Shown here in pieces: positions 1 through 7,131 of a stretch of 27,882 nt of DNA. The stretch spans positions 1 through 27,882 of the forward strand of contig JBBSVP010000234.1 in NCBI GenBank assembly GCA_038046745.1. The letters run 5' to 3'. Below the pieces are notes generated by a model. The model was not told where the DNA came from. It made no database searches and was given only the letters and a program-made list of their open reading frames with translations. How positions within the stretch are numbered: the first letter of the stretch is position 1; every line of letters starts with the position of its first letter. The position numbers were made by a program, and so were the translations under genes. The stretch comes from Candidatus Hydrothermarchaeota archaeon. Lineage in GTDB: Archaea > Hydrothermarchaeota > Hydrothermarchaeia > Hydrothermarchaeales > JACQPM01.

Positions 1-740
1 TCCCCTTCAACGACCCCGAGGCCCTCGAGGAGGCAGTGACGGAGGAAGTGGCCGCCGTGATCATGGAGCCGGTGATAGGGAACGCGGGGTGCATCCTCCC
101 GAAGGAGGATTACCTGGAGCAAGTCCGGGAGGTGACGGAGGAGAAGGGCACGATGCTCATCTTCGACGAGGTGATAACGGGCTACCGCCTGGGCCTCGGG
201 GGGGCCCAGGGTTACTACGGAGTCAAGCCCGATATAACCACCCTGGGGAAGATCCTGGGGGGCGGGCTCCCCATAGGGGCCATAGCAGCCGGGAGGGAGG
301 TGATGGGGCACCTCTCGCCCCTGGGCCCGGTCTACCAGGCCGGTACTTTCAATGGCAATCCCCTCTCCATGGCCGCCGGGCTCGCCGCCCTGGGGGAGCT
401 GGAGGACGGCAGTGTGTACAAGAGGCTCGAGACCCTGGCCAAGAGCCTGAGGGAGGGGCTCCAGGAGATGGCCCAGAACCTGGGGTTCAAGACCCGCACC
501 TATGGGGTGGCCTCCATGTTCCAGATCTACTTCACCCAGGGGGAGGTCTCTGACTACCGCACTGCTCTGAGGGCTGACAGGGAGCTCTTCCTCAGGTTCC
601 AGAAGGGGTTGCTGGCAAAAGGGATCTTCCTACCTCCTTCCCAGTACGAGTGCAACTTCCTCTCCTCGGCCCACGGCCAGGGGGAAGTGGCCTCGACCCT
701 GGAGGCGGCGGAAGAGGTCCTGCGGGGGCTCCGGCGATGA
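1..740 (+). CDS. hemL: Glutamate-1-semialdehyde 2,1-aminomutase, 5'-truncated by the window edge
   Basis: The frame is open from base 3 (PFNDPEALEEAVTEEVAAVIMEP). It carries class III aminotransferase motifs LIFDEVITGYR, PLP-lysine DITTLGKILGGGLP and YQAGTFNGNPL. The stop overlaps the hemC start (ATGA). Confidence 0.95.
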   Translation, partial: PFNDPEALEEAVTEEVAAVIMEPVIGNAGCILPKEDYLEQVREVTEEKGTMLIFDEVITGYRLGLGGAQGYYGVKPDITTLGKILGGGLPIGAIAAGREVMGHLSPLGPVYQAGTFNGNPLSMAAGLAALGELEDGSVYKRLETLAKSLREGLQEMAQNLGFKTRTYGVASMFQIYFTQGEVSDYRTALRADRELFLRFQKGLLAKGIFLPPSQYECNFLSSAHGQGEVASTLEAAEEVLRGLRR

Positions 741-1660
741 TCCTCAGGATAGGGACGAGGGGCTCCAAGCTCGCCTTGGCCCAGACGAGGATCATAGCCG
801 GTATGCTCAGGGTGAGATTCCCGGAGCTGGAGTTCCAGGAGGTCATCATAAAGACGAAGGGGGACAAGATCCTGGACGCCCCCCTGGCCAAGATAGGGGA
901 CAAAGGGCTATTCGTCAAGGAGATAGACGAGGCCCTCATCAGGGGCGACGTGGATATGGCGGTCCACAGCCTCAAGGACGTTCCCACGGAGATTCCCCCG
1001 GAGCTGGATATAGTGGCCATCCCGGAGAGGGAGGATGTGAGGGCCGCCCTCATCTCCCGGGAGGGCCTCACCATCGACGAGCTGCCGAAGGGGGCCTTTA
1101 TGGGGACGAGCAGCCTCCTGAGGAGGGCGCTCCTCAGCAACTATCGCCCCGACCTCCGATTCCTGGACCTGAGGGGTAATGTCGACACCCGGATAAGGAA
1201 GGTCCGGGCTGGCGAGTACGATGCCATCATCGTGGCGGTAGCCGGGCTGAAGAGGCTCGGCCTCCAGGAGCATATAACCCAGATTTTACCGGCCGAACCC
1301 TTCTTCCCAGCCGCGGGGCAGGGGGCCATGGCCGTGGTCGCCAGGAGGGACTTCCCAGGGAACAGGTATCTAAAGACGCTGGACGACCCTAAGGCGAGGA
1401 ACGCCACTGCGGCCGAGAGGGCCCTTCTCAGGAGGATGGGGGGCGGCTGCCAGGCACCCCTCGGTGTCCTGACGTTCCTGGACGGTGAACTGAGGCTCAA
1501 GGGCGCCCTCCTCTCCCCCGATGGGAGGAGGCGCATATACGCCGAAGGCACCGGGAGGCCCGAGGAGGCAGAAGCCGTTGGGGAGAGGGTAGGGGATGCC
1601 CTCCTGGGGAAGGGGGGACGTGCCATCCTGGAAGAGGTCTACGGCAAAGCTTTTATATAG
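737..1660 (+). CDS. hemC: Hydroxymethylbilane synthase (porphobilinogen deaminase)
   Basis: MILRIGTRGSKLALAQT, TKGDKILD, GLFVKEI, AVHSLKDVP, LRGNVDTR and the cofactor Cys in GGCQAPLG. Start is placed at ATG 737 rather than 650 because of the ATGA overlap with hemL. Confidence 0.96.
   Translation: MILRIGTRGSKLALAQTRIIAGMLRVRFPELEFQEVIIKTKGDKILDAPLAKIGDKGLFVKEIDEALIRGDVDMAVHSLKDVPTEIPPELDIVAIPEREDVRAALISREGLTIDELPKGAFMGTSSLLRRALLSNYRPDLRFLDLRGNVDTRIRKVRAGEYDAIIVAVAGLKRLGLQEHITQILPAEPFFPAAGQGAMAVVARRDFPGNRYLKTLDDPKARNATAAERALLRRMGGGCQAPLGVLTFLDGELRLKGALLSPDGRRRIYAEGTGRPEEAEAVGERVGDALLGKGGRAILEEVYGKAFI
1645..1659 (+). promoter_or_regulatory. BRE/TATA promoter for rps8e, embedded in the last codons of hemC
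   Basis: CAAAGC-TTTTATATA ends 20 nt before the rps8e ATG (1679), typical of short-leader archaeal transcripts. Confidence 0.6.
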
Positions 1661-1678
1661 AGAGGGAGATTCAACGGC

Positions 1679-2059
1679 ATGGCACTCTGGCAGGGCGGCT
1701 CCAAGCGGAAGATCACCGGTGGCAGGATCAAGGCCCACCGGGGGAAGCGGAAGCACGAGATGGGGAGGGAGCAGGTGGAGACGGGGCTTGGAGAGAGGAA
1801 GGCCAAGAGGATCAGGGTGCGGGGCGGCAATTCCAAGGTAAGGCTCCTCACGGCCCAGAATGCCAACGTGATCAACCCCAAGACGAAGGAGACCAAGCTG
1901 GTAAAGATCCTGACGGTGGTGGAGAACAGCGCCAACCCCCACTTCGTGAGAAGGAACATAGTCACAAAGGGGGCCGTAGTCAATACGGAGCTCGGGAAGG
2001 TCAGAGTCACCTCCCGCCCCGGGCAGGACGGGAATATAAACGCCGTCCTCATCGAGTGA
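1679..2059 (+). CDS. rps8e: 30S ribosomal protein S8e
   Basis: MALWQGGSKRKITGGR, KRKHEMGRE, RVRGGNSKVRL, NPHFVRRNIVTKGAVVNT and SRPGQDG; 126 aa. Confidence 0.97.
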   Translation: MALWQGGSKRKITGGRIKAHRGKRKHEMGREQVETGLGERKAKRIRVRGGNSKVRLLTAQNANVINPKTKETKLVKILTVVENSANPHFVRRNIVTKGAVVNTELGKVRVTSRPGQDGNINAVLIE

Positions 2060-2210
2060 AACCCCCCGTTTCTGGATAGCTTAGTTCTGGTTGCTTTCTT
2101 CTCCTGCGTTAGGACTGGATTGAGAAGCCGGCCAATGTTCGGGGGGGTGGGGAGGTCGCAGACGAAGAGGGGCACGAGATGGAGGCCCTGGAAGGGAACA
2201 GGACTTGGGC

Positions 2211-2471
2211 CTAGGCCCTGGGGATGCCACCCTCGTTGACTATGAGGACGTCCTTCACCGCCTTGACGGCGGCGTAGGGGATGAGGATCTCGCCCTTCTC
2301 ATTCAGCTTGAAGTACCGGGTATCGATCCCCCTATCAGGCCTTATGACAAGGAGCGTCACCTTCCCGGCGGATGTCTCGAGAGATAGGTCCGTAAGCCTG
2401 CCTATCACCGTCCCCCGGTCGCTCACCACGCTCCTCCCTACCAGGCTCTTCCCTGCTATCTTCAATCTCAC
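2211..2471 (-). CDS. Small PRC-barrel domain protein (CdpB-like candidate)
   Basis: LVGRSVVSDRGTVIGRLTDL...ILIPYAAVKAVKDVLIV fits the PRC-barrel pattern. GTG 2471 is preferred over ATG 2510: it has GGAGG just upstream, and the TATA-like TTTAAG lies at 2514-2519. Confidence 0.8.
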   Translation of the reverse strand: MRLKIAGKSLVGRSVVSDRGTVIGRLTDLSLETSAGKVTLLVIRPDRGIDTRYFKLNEKGEILIPYAAVKAVKDVLIVNEGGIPRA

Positions 2472-2513
2472 CGCCCTCCAAGGCTTTCCTAAGGTTTCTG
2501 GAGGCATCAAGTA

Positions 2514-2545
2514 CTTAAATCTTTTTTTAAATGGATAGATTTATG
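2514..2545. promoter_or_regulatory. Divergent TATA elements for the PRC-barrel gene and the DUF749-like gene
   Basis: AT-rich island. The minus strand reads AAAAAAAG-ATTTAAG; the plus strand has TTTAAAT (2526-2532) and TTTATG (2540-2545), the latter about 26 nt before ATG 2571. Confidence 0.45.
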
Positions 2546-2570
2546 GGGAATGGTATGTATTGAGCCTGCC

Positions 2571-2849
2571 ATGGAAGAATTTGTGGCCGCTCTTTTGGAC
2601 GTCAAGGCCGTTAAGGCGCTGCCCAAGGAGGTCCTCCCCTTCGTCCACTTCAAGGCCGGGCTCCTGGGGAAAGAGCTGAAGGGGGACGAGACGGTGGCCA
2701 TATTCCTCATCGCCTCCACCTCCTGCTACATACCGGTCTTCCTGGAGGGGAAGAGGCTGGGCGAGGTGGAGGAGGAGCTCTGGCGGGAGGGCAGTGCCCG
2801 GCTGAATGCCCAGTCCCGGGAGCTCCTGGCCAGGGCCCTGGCTGCCTGA
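2571..2849 (+). CDS. Small conserved archaeal protein, DUF749-like
   Basis: The pattern F-x-A-x-L...FV..KA....KEL..DETVAI....TS-Y..VFL.....EEL....ARLN..S matches my recollection of DUF749. Start at ATG 2571; the ORF track starts at 2550. Confidence 0.6.
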   Translation: MEEFVAALLDVKAVKALPKEVLPFVHFKAGLLGKELKGDETVAIFLIASTSCYIPVFLEGKRLGEVEEELWREGSARLNAQSRELLARALAA

Positions 2850-2876
2850 CCACCGGGAGGATTTTGGAGGTAACGA

Positions 2877-3464
2877 CTAATCCAGCAGGACCAGCCCCGT
2901 CCAGCGGGCGTTCTCGCTGGAAGAGAGCCTCATCTTGAGGCCGACGTTGGCGCAGGTCTTCTGGACGTCTATGCCGACGGATTCGAGGGAGGGCCTCGCC
3001 TTGTGGGGATTGCGGCACTGTCTGGAGCCCGTGCTTAAGACGCAATCCTTGCAGAGGACGCACCGCCCGCCCACCAGGCCCGTGGCCAGGTAGTGGCCGG
3101 CCTTGAAGGCCTCGGCCTCGACCTTGTTGACGATGTTGTGGAGCTTGGTCTTTGCCTTGGTATGGAGGGCGGCCATCTCCTTGTACATCTCCTTGCTCAG
3201 GCCTTTCCCGGACTTCTCCAGGGTGTTGACATCGCCCTCCACCTGGATGATCACCGCCTTCTTGTAGCGCCGCAGGATGTCCTCGAACTCCTCCACCGGC
3301 ATCACGTTAGGGGGGCACATTAGGTAATTATTAAAACCGCTGCAGAGGGGGATCTCGCACTTCATCCGCACCCTCTTGTCCACCACCACGTCCTTGGTAT
3401 CTATGACCTTGGCCTCCGTGGCCCCTTCCGCCAAGGCCACGTTGACTATCTTCTCAAAGTCCAT
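2877..3464 (-). CDS. DUF2284 family predicted metal-binding protein
   Basis: RVRMKCEIPLC..FNNYLMCPP, GGRCVLCKDC, CRNPHKARPSLESVGIDV; Cys-rich layout typical of DUF2284. Confidence 0.8.
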   Translation of the reverse strand: MDFEKIVNVALAEGATEAKVIDTKDVVVDKRVRMKCEIPLCSGFNNYLMCPPNVMPVEEFEDILRRYKKAVIIQVEGDVNTLEKSGKGLSKEMYKEMAALHTKAKTKLHNIVNKVEAEAFKAGHYLATGLVGGRCVLCKDCVLSTGSRQCRNPHKARPSLESVGIDVQKTCANVGLKMRLSSSENARWTGLVLLD

Positions 3465-3481
3465 ACAACGTGGCTTCGGAG

Positions 3482-3498
3482 TAACCTTGGCAAGGTTA
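3482..3498. repeat. Perfect 8-1-8 inverted repeat TAACCTTG-G-CAAGGTTA
   Basis: Read directly. It overlaps the arfC stop codon and lies 18-34 nt upstream of the DUF2284 ATG. Confidence 0.85.
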
Positions 3499-4149
3499 TT
3501 CGACCGGGAGGACCCTGTACTCCAGCACCAGGTCCCTCCCCAGGGGGTAGTGCCTCACCAGCTCCAGTTTTATGCCCTCCTTCACCCGCTCGCATCCCTC
3601 GCCCTCCACCAGGGTCGTGGCGCCTCTCCCGCCCACGATGCGGGGGGCTACGGCCACGCGAACCTCGTCCACCAGCCCCCGGCTGAGCATCGACCAGTTG
3701 AGGTTCCCCCCGCCCTCCAGGAGGAGGGTCCGCATCCCCAAGGCATGCAGCCTTTCCATCAGGCCCTTGAGGTCCACGACCTCCCTCCCGCAGACTATGA
3801 CCTGGGCTTTCGCTCTCAGGGCATCGAGCCTGGCCGCCGGGGCCCTCTCCGAGACTGCCACGATGGTCCTCCCCTCTTCCCCCAAGAGCCTGGCCTTGAG
3901 GGGTATCCGGGCAGCACTGTCCACCACCACCCTGGTCGGGTTCTTGCCTAGGGACGGGACCTTATGGACCGTCAGGCGGGGGTCGTCCTGGAGGACGGTC
4001 TTTATCCCCACCATGATCCCGTCCACCTCCCGCCGGAGCTCGTGGACCCTGACCAGGTCCTCGGGGGATGAGATGGCAGAGTCGCCCCCCCTGGTGGCGA
4101 TCTTCCCGTCCAGGCTCATGGCTGCGTTCAGGATTACGTGGGGCCTCAT
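3496..4149 (-). CDS. arfC: 2,5-diamino-6-(ribosylamino)-4(3H)-pyrimidinone 5'-phosphate reductase (archaeal RibD C-terminal type)
   Basis: MRPHVILNAAMSLDGKIAT, RREVDGIMVGIKTVLQDDPRL, LEGGGNLNWS; no deaminase domain. ATG 4149 overlaps the stop of the M50 gene. Confidence 0.88.
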   Translation of the reverse strand: MRPHVILNAAMSLDGKIATRGGDSAISSPEDLVRVHELRREVDGIMVGIKTVLQDDPRLTVHKVPSLGKNPTRVVVDSAARIPLKARLLGEEGRTIVAVSERAPAARLDALRAKAQVIVCGREVVDLKGLMERLHALGMRTLLLEGGGNLNWSMLSRGLVDEVRVAVAPRIVGGRGATTLVEGEGCERVKEGIKLELVRHYPLGRDLVLEYRVLPVE

Positions 4150-5210
4150 CCCTTGAGGTACCTCATGATCTCGATCATCCTGTATATGTCCGTGTGGGAG
4201 ATGACCCCCACCAGCTGCCCCCCTTCCATGACCGGCATCAGGCCCACGCCCTTGGAGTGCATCCTGAGGAGGACTTCCAGGGCCTCCTCCTCTGGAGAGC
4301 AGACGGGGACGTTCCTGCTCATCGCCCTCTCGACCTTCCATAAGGGCCACTCCCCTCTCTGCACCTTCTCCATGTCCGAGAGATAGATGATTCCCACCGG
4401 GACTCCGTCCTCCATCACGGGATAGCCGGTGTGCTTGACCTTGAGGACCAAAGATCGGAGGTCTTCCAGGCTCGTATCCCTGGAGACTGTCACCGTTTGG
4501 GGGTTCATCGCGTCCCGCACCTTTACGCCCGAGAGGAGGCCTGAGACGAGGGTGGCCTGGGACTCTTGCGTGGCGCCCAGGTATATGAAGACCGAGATGA
4601 GCATTAAAATGATGTTGAAATAGAAGCCGGCGAGGAACATTAAAACCGCTATCCCCTTTGCAACCATGGCAGCCACGTCCGTGGCCTTGCTGAAACCTAT
4701 CCTCATGGCCAGGAGGGCCCTGAATATCCTCCCCCCGTCCATGGGGAGGGCTGGGACGAAGAGGTTGAAGGCCCCCAGGAGGAGATTGACCTTCAGAATG
4801 ATGACGGCTATGCTGACGGGGTCGGGGGCGAAGGCGATCTGGGAGAAGGGGAAGAGCCCGGAGAGACCGCCTGCTAGCCAGAGGGGTATGAGGATGGCCA
4901 GGGCGACCAAGAGGTTGAGGCTGGGACCTGCAAGGGCGATCTTGAGCTCCTGATTAGGGTCCTTGGGTATCCGCTCCATGGATGCAACCCCACCTATGGG
5001 CCAGAGGGTGATCTTGTCTATCTTCACGTCGTAGCGCATCGCCACGATGGAGTGGGAGAGCTCGTGGAGAAAGACGAAGAAGAAGAGCAGGAGGAGGTAG
5101 AAGAAGACCTTGGGGTTGAGGATGGCGAAGAAGAGCATCAAGAGGAGGAAGGATATATGGAGCTCCACCTTGATCCCGAAGATCGTACAGAGCCTGAACG
5201 CTTCTCTCAT
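4146..5210 (-). CDS. M50 (site-2) intramembrane zinc metalloprotease with two C-terminal CBS domains
   Basis: HELSH zinc motif, IALAGP, FNLFVPALPMDGGR and hydrophobic segments, followed by a CBS pair (VRDAMN...GYPVMEDGVPVGII; MPVMEGGQLVGVIS..DI). Confidence 0.92.
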   Translation of the reverse strand: MREAFRLCTIFGIKVELHISFLLLMLFFAILNPKVFFYLLLLFFFVFLHELSHSIVAMRYDVKIDKITLWPIGGVASMERIPKDPNQELKIALAGPSLNLLVALAILIPLWLAGGLSGLFPFSQIAFAPDPVSIAVIILKVNLLLGAFNLFVPALPMDGGRIFRALLAMRIGFSKATDVAAMVAKGIAVLMFLAGFYFNIILMLISVFIYLGATQESQATLVSGLLSGVKVRDAMNPQTVTVSRDTSLEDLRSLVLKVKHTGYPVMEDGVPVGIIYLSDMEKVQRGEWPLWKVERAMSRNVPVCSPEEEALEVLLRMHSKGVGLMPVMEGGQLVGVISHTDIYRMIEIMRYLKG

Positions 5211-5220
5211 CTGGGAGAGT

Positions 5221-5243
5221 CTTTATGAACCGGGCCATAAAAA
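5221..5243. promoter_or_regulatory. Back-to-back divergent TATA boxes
   Basis: Plus-strand TTTATGA (5222-5228) lies about 25 nt before ATG 5253. Minus-strand TTTTTATG (5236-5243) lies about 26 nt before ATG 5210. Confidence 0.55.
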
Positions 5244-5252
5244 TATATCTAG

Positions 5253-6194
5253 ATGCGCAAGGTCCTGGCCCTGGTCCTCCTCTCTCTCCTCTCCATCCCC
5301 GCGGTCCATGGCGTATGGGAACCGGCGGTGGATGGGGGGATTAAGGGGACCGCCTATGCGGCCCTCTACAATATCAATATGTACAAGACTACCGGCTCCG
5401 TCGTCCATAGGGAGGCGGCGAGGAGCCGTGTAGCCCTCCTTCTAGCCCACCAGGAGAGGTCCGGCGGCTGGAGAGCCCTCCCGGGGGAGCCGTCATCCAC
5501 CTACTCCCTCCTGGAGTCGGCCATGGGGACCTGGGCCCTCTCGGAGGCCTATCTGGCGGGGGTCATCGAGGGACCCGAGGCTGAGGTGGCGATCCTGAGG
5601 GCCGGGGACAAGATGCTCAAAGAGGCGAGTATAATAACAGCCGCAGGCTACCGGGTCGGGCTGAAGCCCAACGCCCTGGGTTACGCCACCGTAGCCCTGG
5701 TGGAAGCCCACAGGGCAGCCGGGAAGATGGACGGCAGAGATACGGCCCTCAAGGCCAGGAGGTACAGGCTCAAGGCCCTGGAGATGGCAGACGGCCTCCT
5801 GGATATGCAGAACCCTGACGGCTCCTGGTACGATGGGCCCTACCACAGCCCCTTCCATGGGTGGCGGACAGTCTCCGCCTGGTACCAGTCCATGGCCTGG
5901 TCTGGTCTGGCCTACGCCTCCCTCATCGCCGGGGAGAAGAAAGAGGGCTACCTGGAGGGCGTGGAGAAGGGCGTGAATTGGACAGCGAGGCTCAGGGGCG
6001 ATGGAGGGTACCACGGGGTCTATTACCAGAACGGCACCGTATCTGGGGACCTCCTGGGAGGGCCCATGGCCCTCCAGGGGGTGGCCATAGCTAAGTCCGC
6101 CGGTGCCAATGTGGAGGTCCCTCCAATCCCCGAGGACCAGGACCTCCACCTTGGCCTCGCCCGCTCCTTCTTAGATGTTAGGGTTCTGGAGTAG
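5253..6194 (+). CDS. Exported hypothetical protein with prenyltransferase/squalene-cyclase-like (QW) repeats
   Basis: Signal-peptide-like N-terminus MRKVLALVLLSLLSIPAVHG. Repeats LLAHQERSGGW and LLDMQNPDGSW, plus a degenerate LRGDGGY, sit between Ala/Leu-rich helices. Confidence 0.65.
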   Translation: MRKVLALVLLSLLSIPAVHGVWEPAVDGGIKGTAYAALYNINMYKTTGSVVHREAARSRVALLLAHQERSGGWRALPGEPSSTYSLLESAMGTWALSEAYLAGVIEGPEAEVAILRAGDKMLKEASIITAAGYRVGLKPNALGYATVALVEAHRAAGKMDGRDTALKARRYRLKALEMADGLLDMQNPDGSWYDGPYHSPFHGWRTVSAWYQSMAWSGLAYASLIAGEKKEGYLEGVEKGVNWTARLRGDGGYHGVYYQNGTVSGDLLGGPMALQGVAIAKSAGANVEVPPIPEDQDLHLGLARSFLDVRVLE

Positions 6195-6196
6195 GC

Positions 6197-6655
6197 GTGA
6201 TGGAACTGGACGAGACAGACAAAGGGGTCCTGCGGGAGGTCCAGAGGGACCTGCCCATAGTGAGCCGGCCCTTCCTCCCCTCCGCCCAGAGGCTAGGCAT
6301 AACGGAGGAGGAGTTCCTGAGGCGGGTCGCGCTCCTGGTCAAGTCAGGGGCCATAAGGAAGCTCGGCCTCAGGATAGACTCGGCCAAGGTCGGCTTCGCC
6401 TCCACCCTGGTGGCCCTCAAGGCGGCCCCGGGGAAGGTCGAGAGGACCGCGGAGCAGCTGAACGCCTTCGAAGGGGTCACCCACAACTACCAGAGGGAGC
6501 ATGAATACAACATCTGGTTCACCGTCATAGAGAGGGACGAGGCGAAGCTGAGGGAGACCCTGGAGAGGATAGAGAGGGAGGTGGAGCACGAGGAGATGCT
6601 CAACCTCCCGGTGAAGCGCAAGTTCAAGATCGACGTGAGGTTCGAGATAAGATGA
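6197..6655 (+). CDS. ahbA: Siroheme decarboxylase subunit alpha (Lrp/AsnC-like fold)
   Basis: LDETDKGVLREVQRDLPIVSRPF, IRKLG...GFASTLVA, GVTHNYQREHEYNIWFT; paired with a paralogue upstream of ahbC. The start may be ATG 6200. Confidence 0.88.
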   Translation: MMELDETDKGVLREVQRDLPIVSRPFLPSAQRLGITEEEFLRRVALLVKSGAIRKLGLRIDSAKVGFASTLVALKAAPGKVERTAEQLNAFEGVTHNYQREHEYNIWFTVIERDEAKLRETLERIEREVEHEEMLNLPVKRKFKIDVRFEIR

Positions 6656-7125
6656 TGGACCCCCTGGATAAGGAGCTGCTCGTCATCCTCCAGGACGAGA
6701 TCCCCCTGGTGCCGCGCCCCTTCCTGGCCGTGGCCGAGAGGCTGGGCATCCCCGAGGAGGAGGTCTTGAGGAGGGTCAAGAGGCTCGTGGACGATGGCGT
6801 CGTGCGGCGCTTCAGCGCCTCCCTCCGCCACAGGGAGCTGGGGATAAAGGCCAACGCCCTCTGTGCCTGGAAAGTGCCAGAGGGGAGGGTGGAGGAGGTC
6901 GGGAAGAAGCTTGCTTCTTTCCCGGAGGTGACCCACTGCTACGAGCGCCCCACCGTCCCCGAGAGGTGGGGGTACAACCTCTTCACCATGGTCCACGGCT
7001 ACGACAGGCCGTCGGTGGAGGGGAAGATAAGGGAGCTCTCGGAGGCCGTGGGCGTGGAGGACTACATCCTCCTCTACAGTACCCGGGAGTTCAAGAAGAT
7101 TTACAAAAGGTACGGTAGCCAGTAG
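6652..7125 (+). CDS. ahbB: Siroheme decarboxylase subunit beta
   Basis: DEIPLVPRPF, VRRFSASLRHRELG, EVTHCYERPT, YNLFTMVHG, LYSTREFKK. Confidence 0.9.
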   Translation: MMDPLDKELLVILQDEIPLVPRPFLAVAERLGIPEEEVLRRVKRLVDDGVVRRFSASLRHRELGIKANALCAWKVPEGRVEEVGKKLASFPEVTHCYERPTVPERWGYNLFTMVHGYDRPSVEGKIRELSEAVGVEDYILLYSTREFKKIYKRYGSQ

Positions 7126-7131
7126 GGGAAA

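Noticed and set aside
650-736. N-terminal extensions in the ORF track for hemC (650), arfC (4350), DP1 (25912), cdc6 (27104) and atpA (17268)
   Set aside because: For hemC, arfC and DP1 they overlap upstream genes; in all five, family homology begins at the downstream start codon.
2060-2210. SRP (7S) RNA or tRNA in the gap after rps8e
   Set aside because: Too short for archaeal SRP RNA (about 300 nt); no helix 8 motif or cloverleaf/T-loop recognisable.
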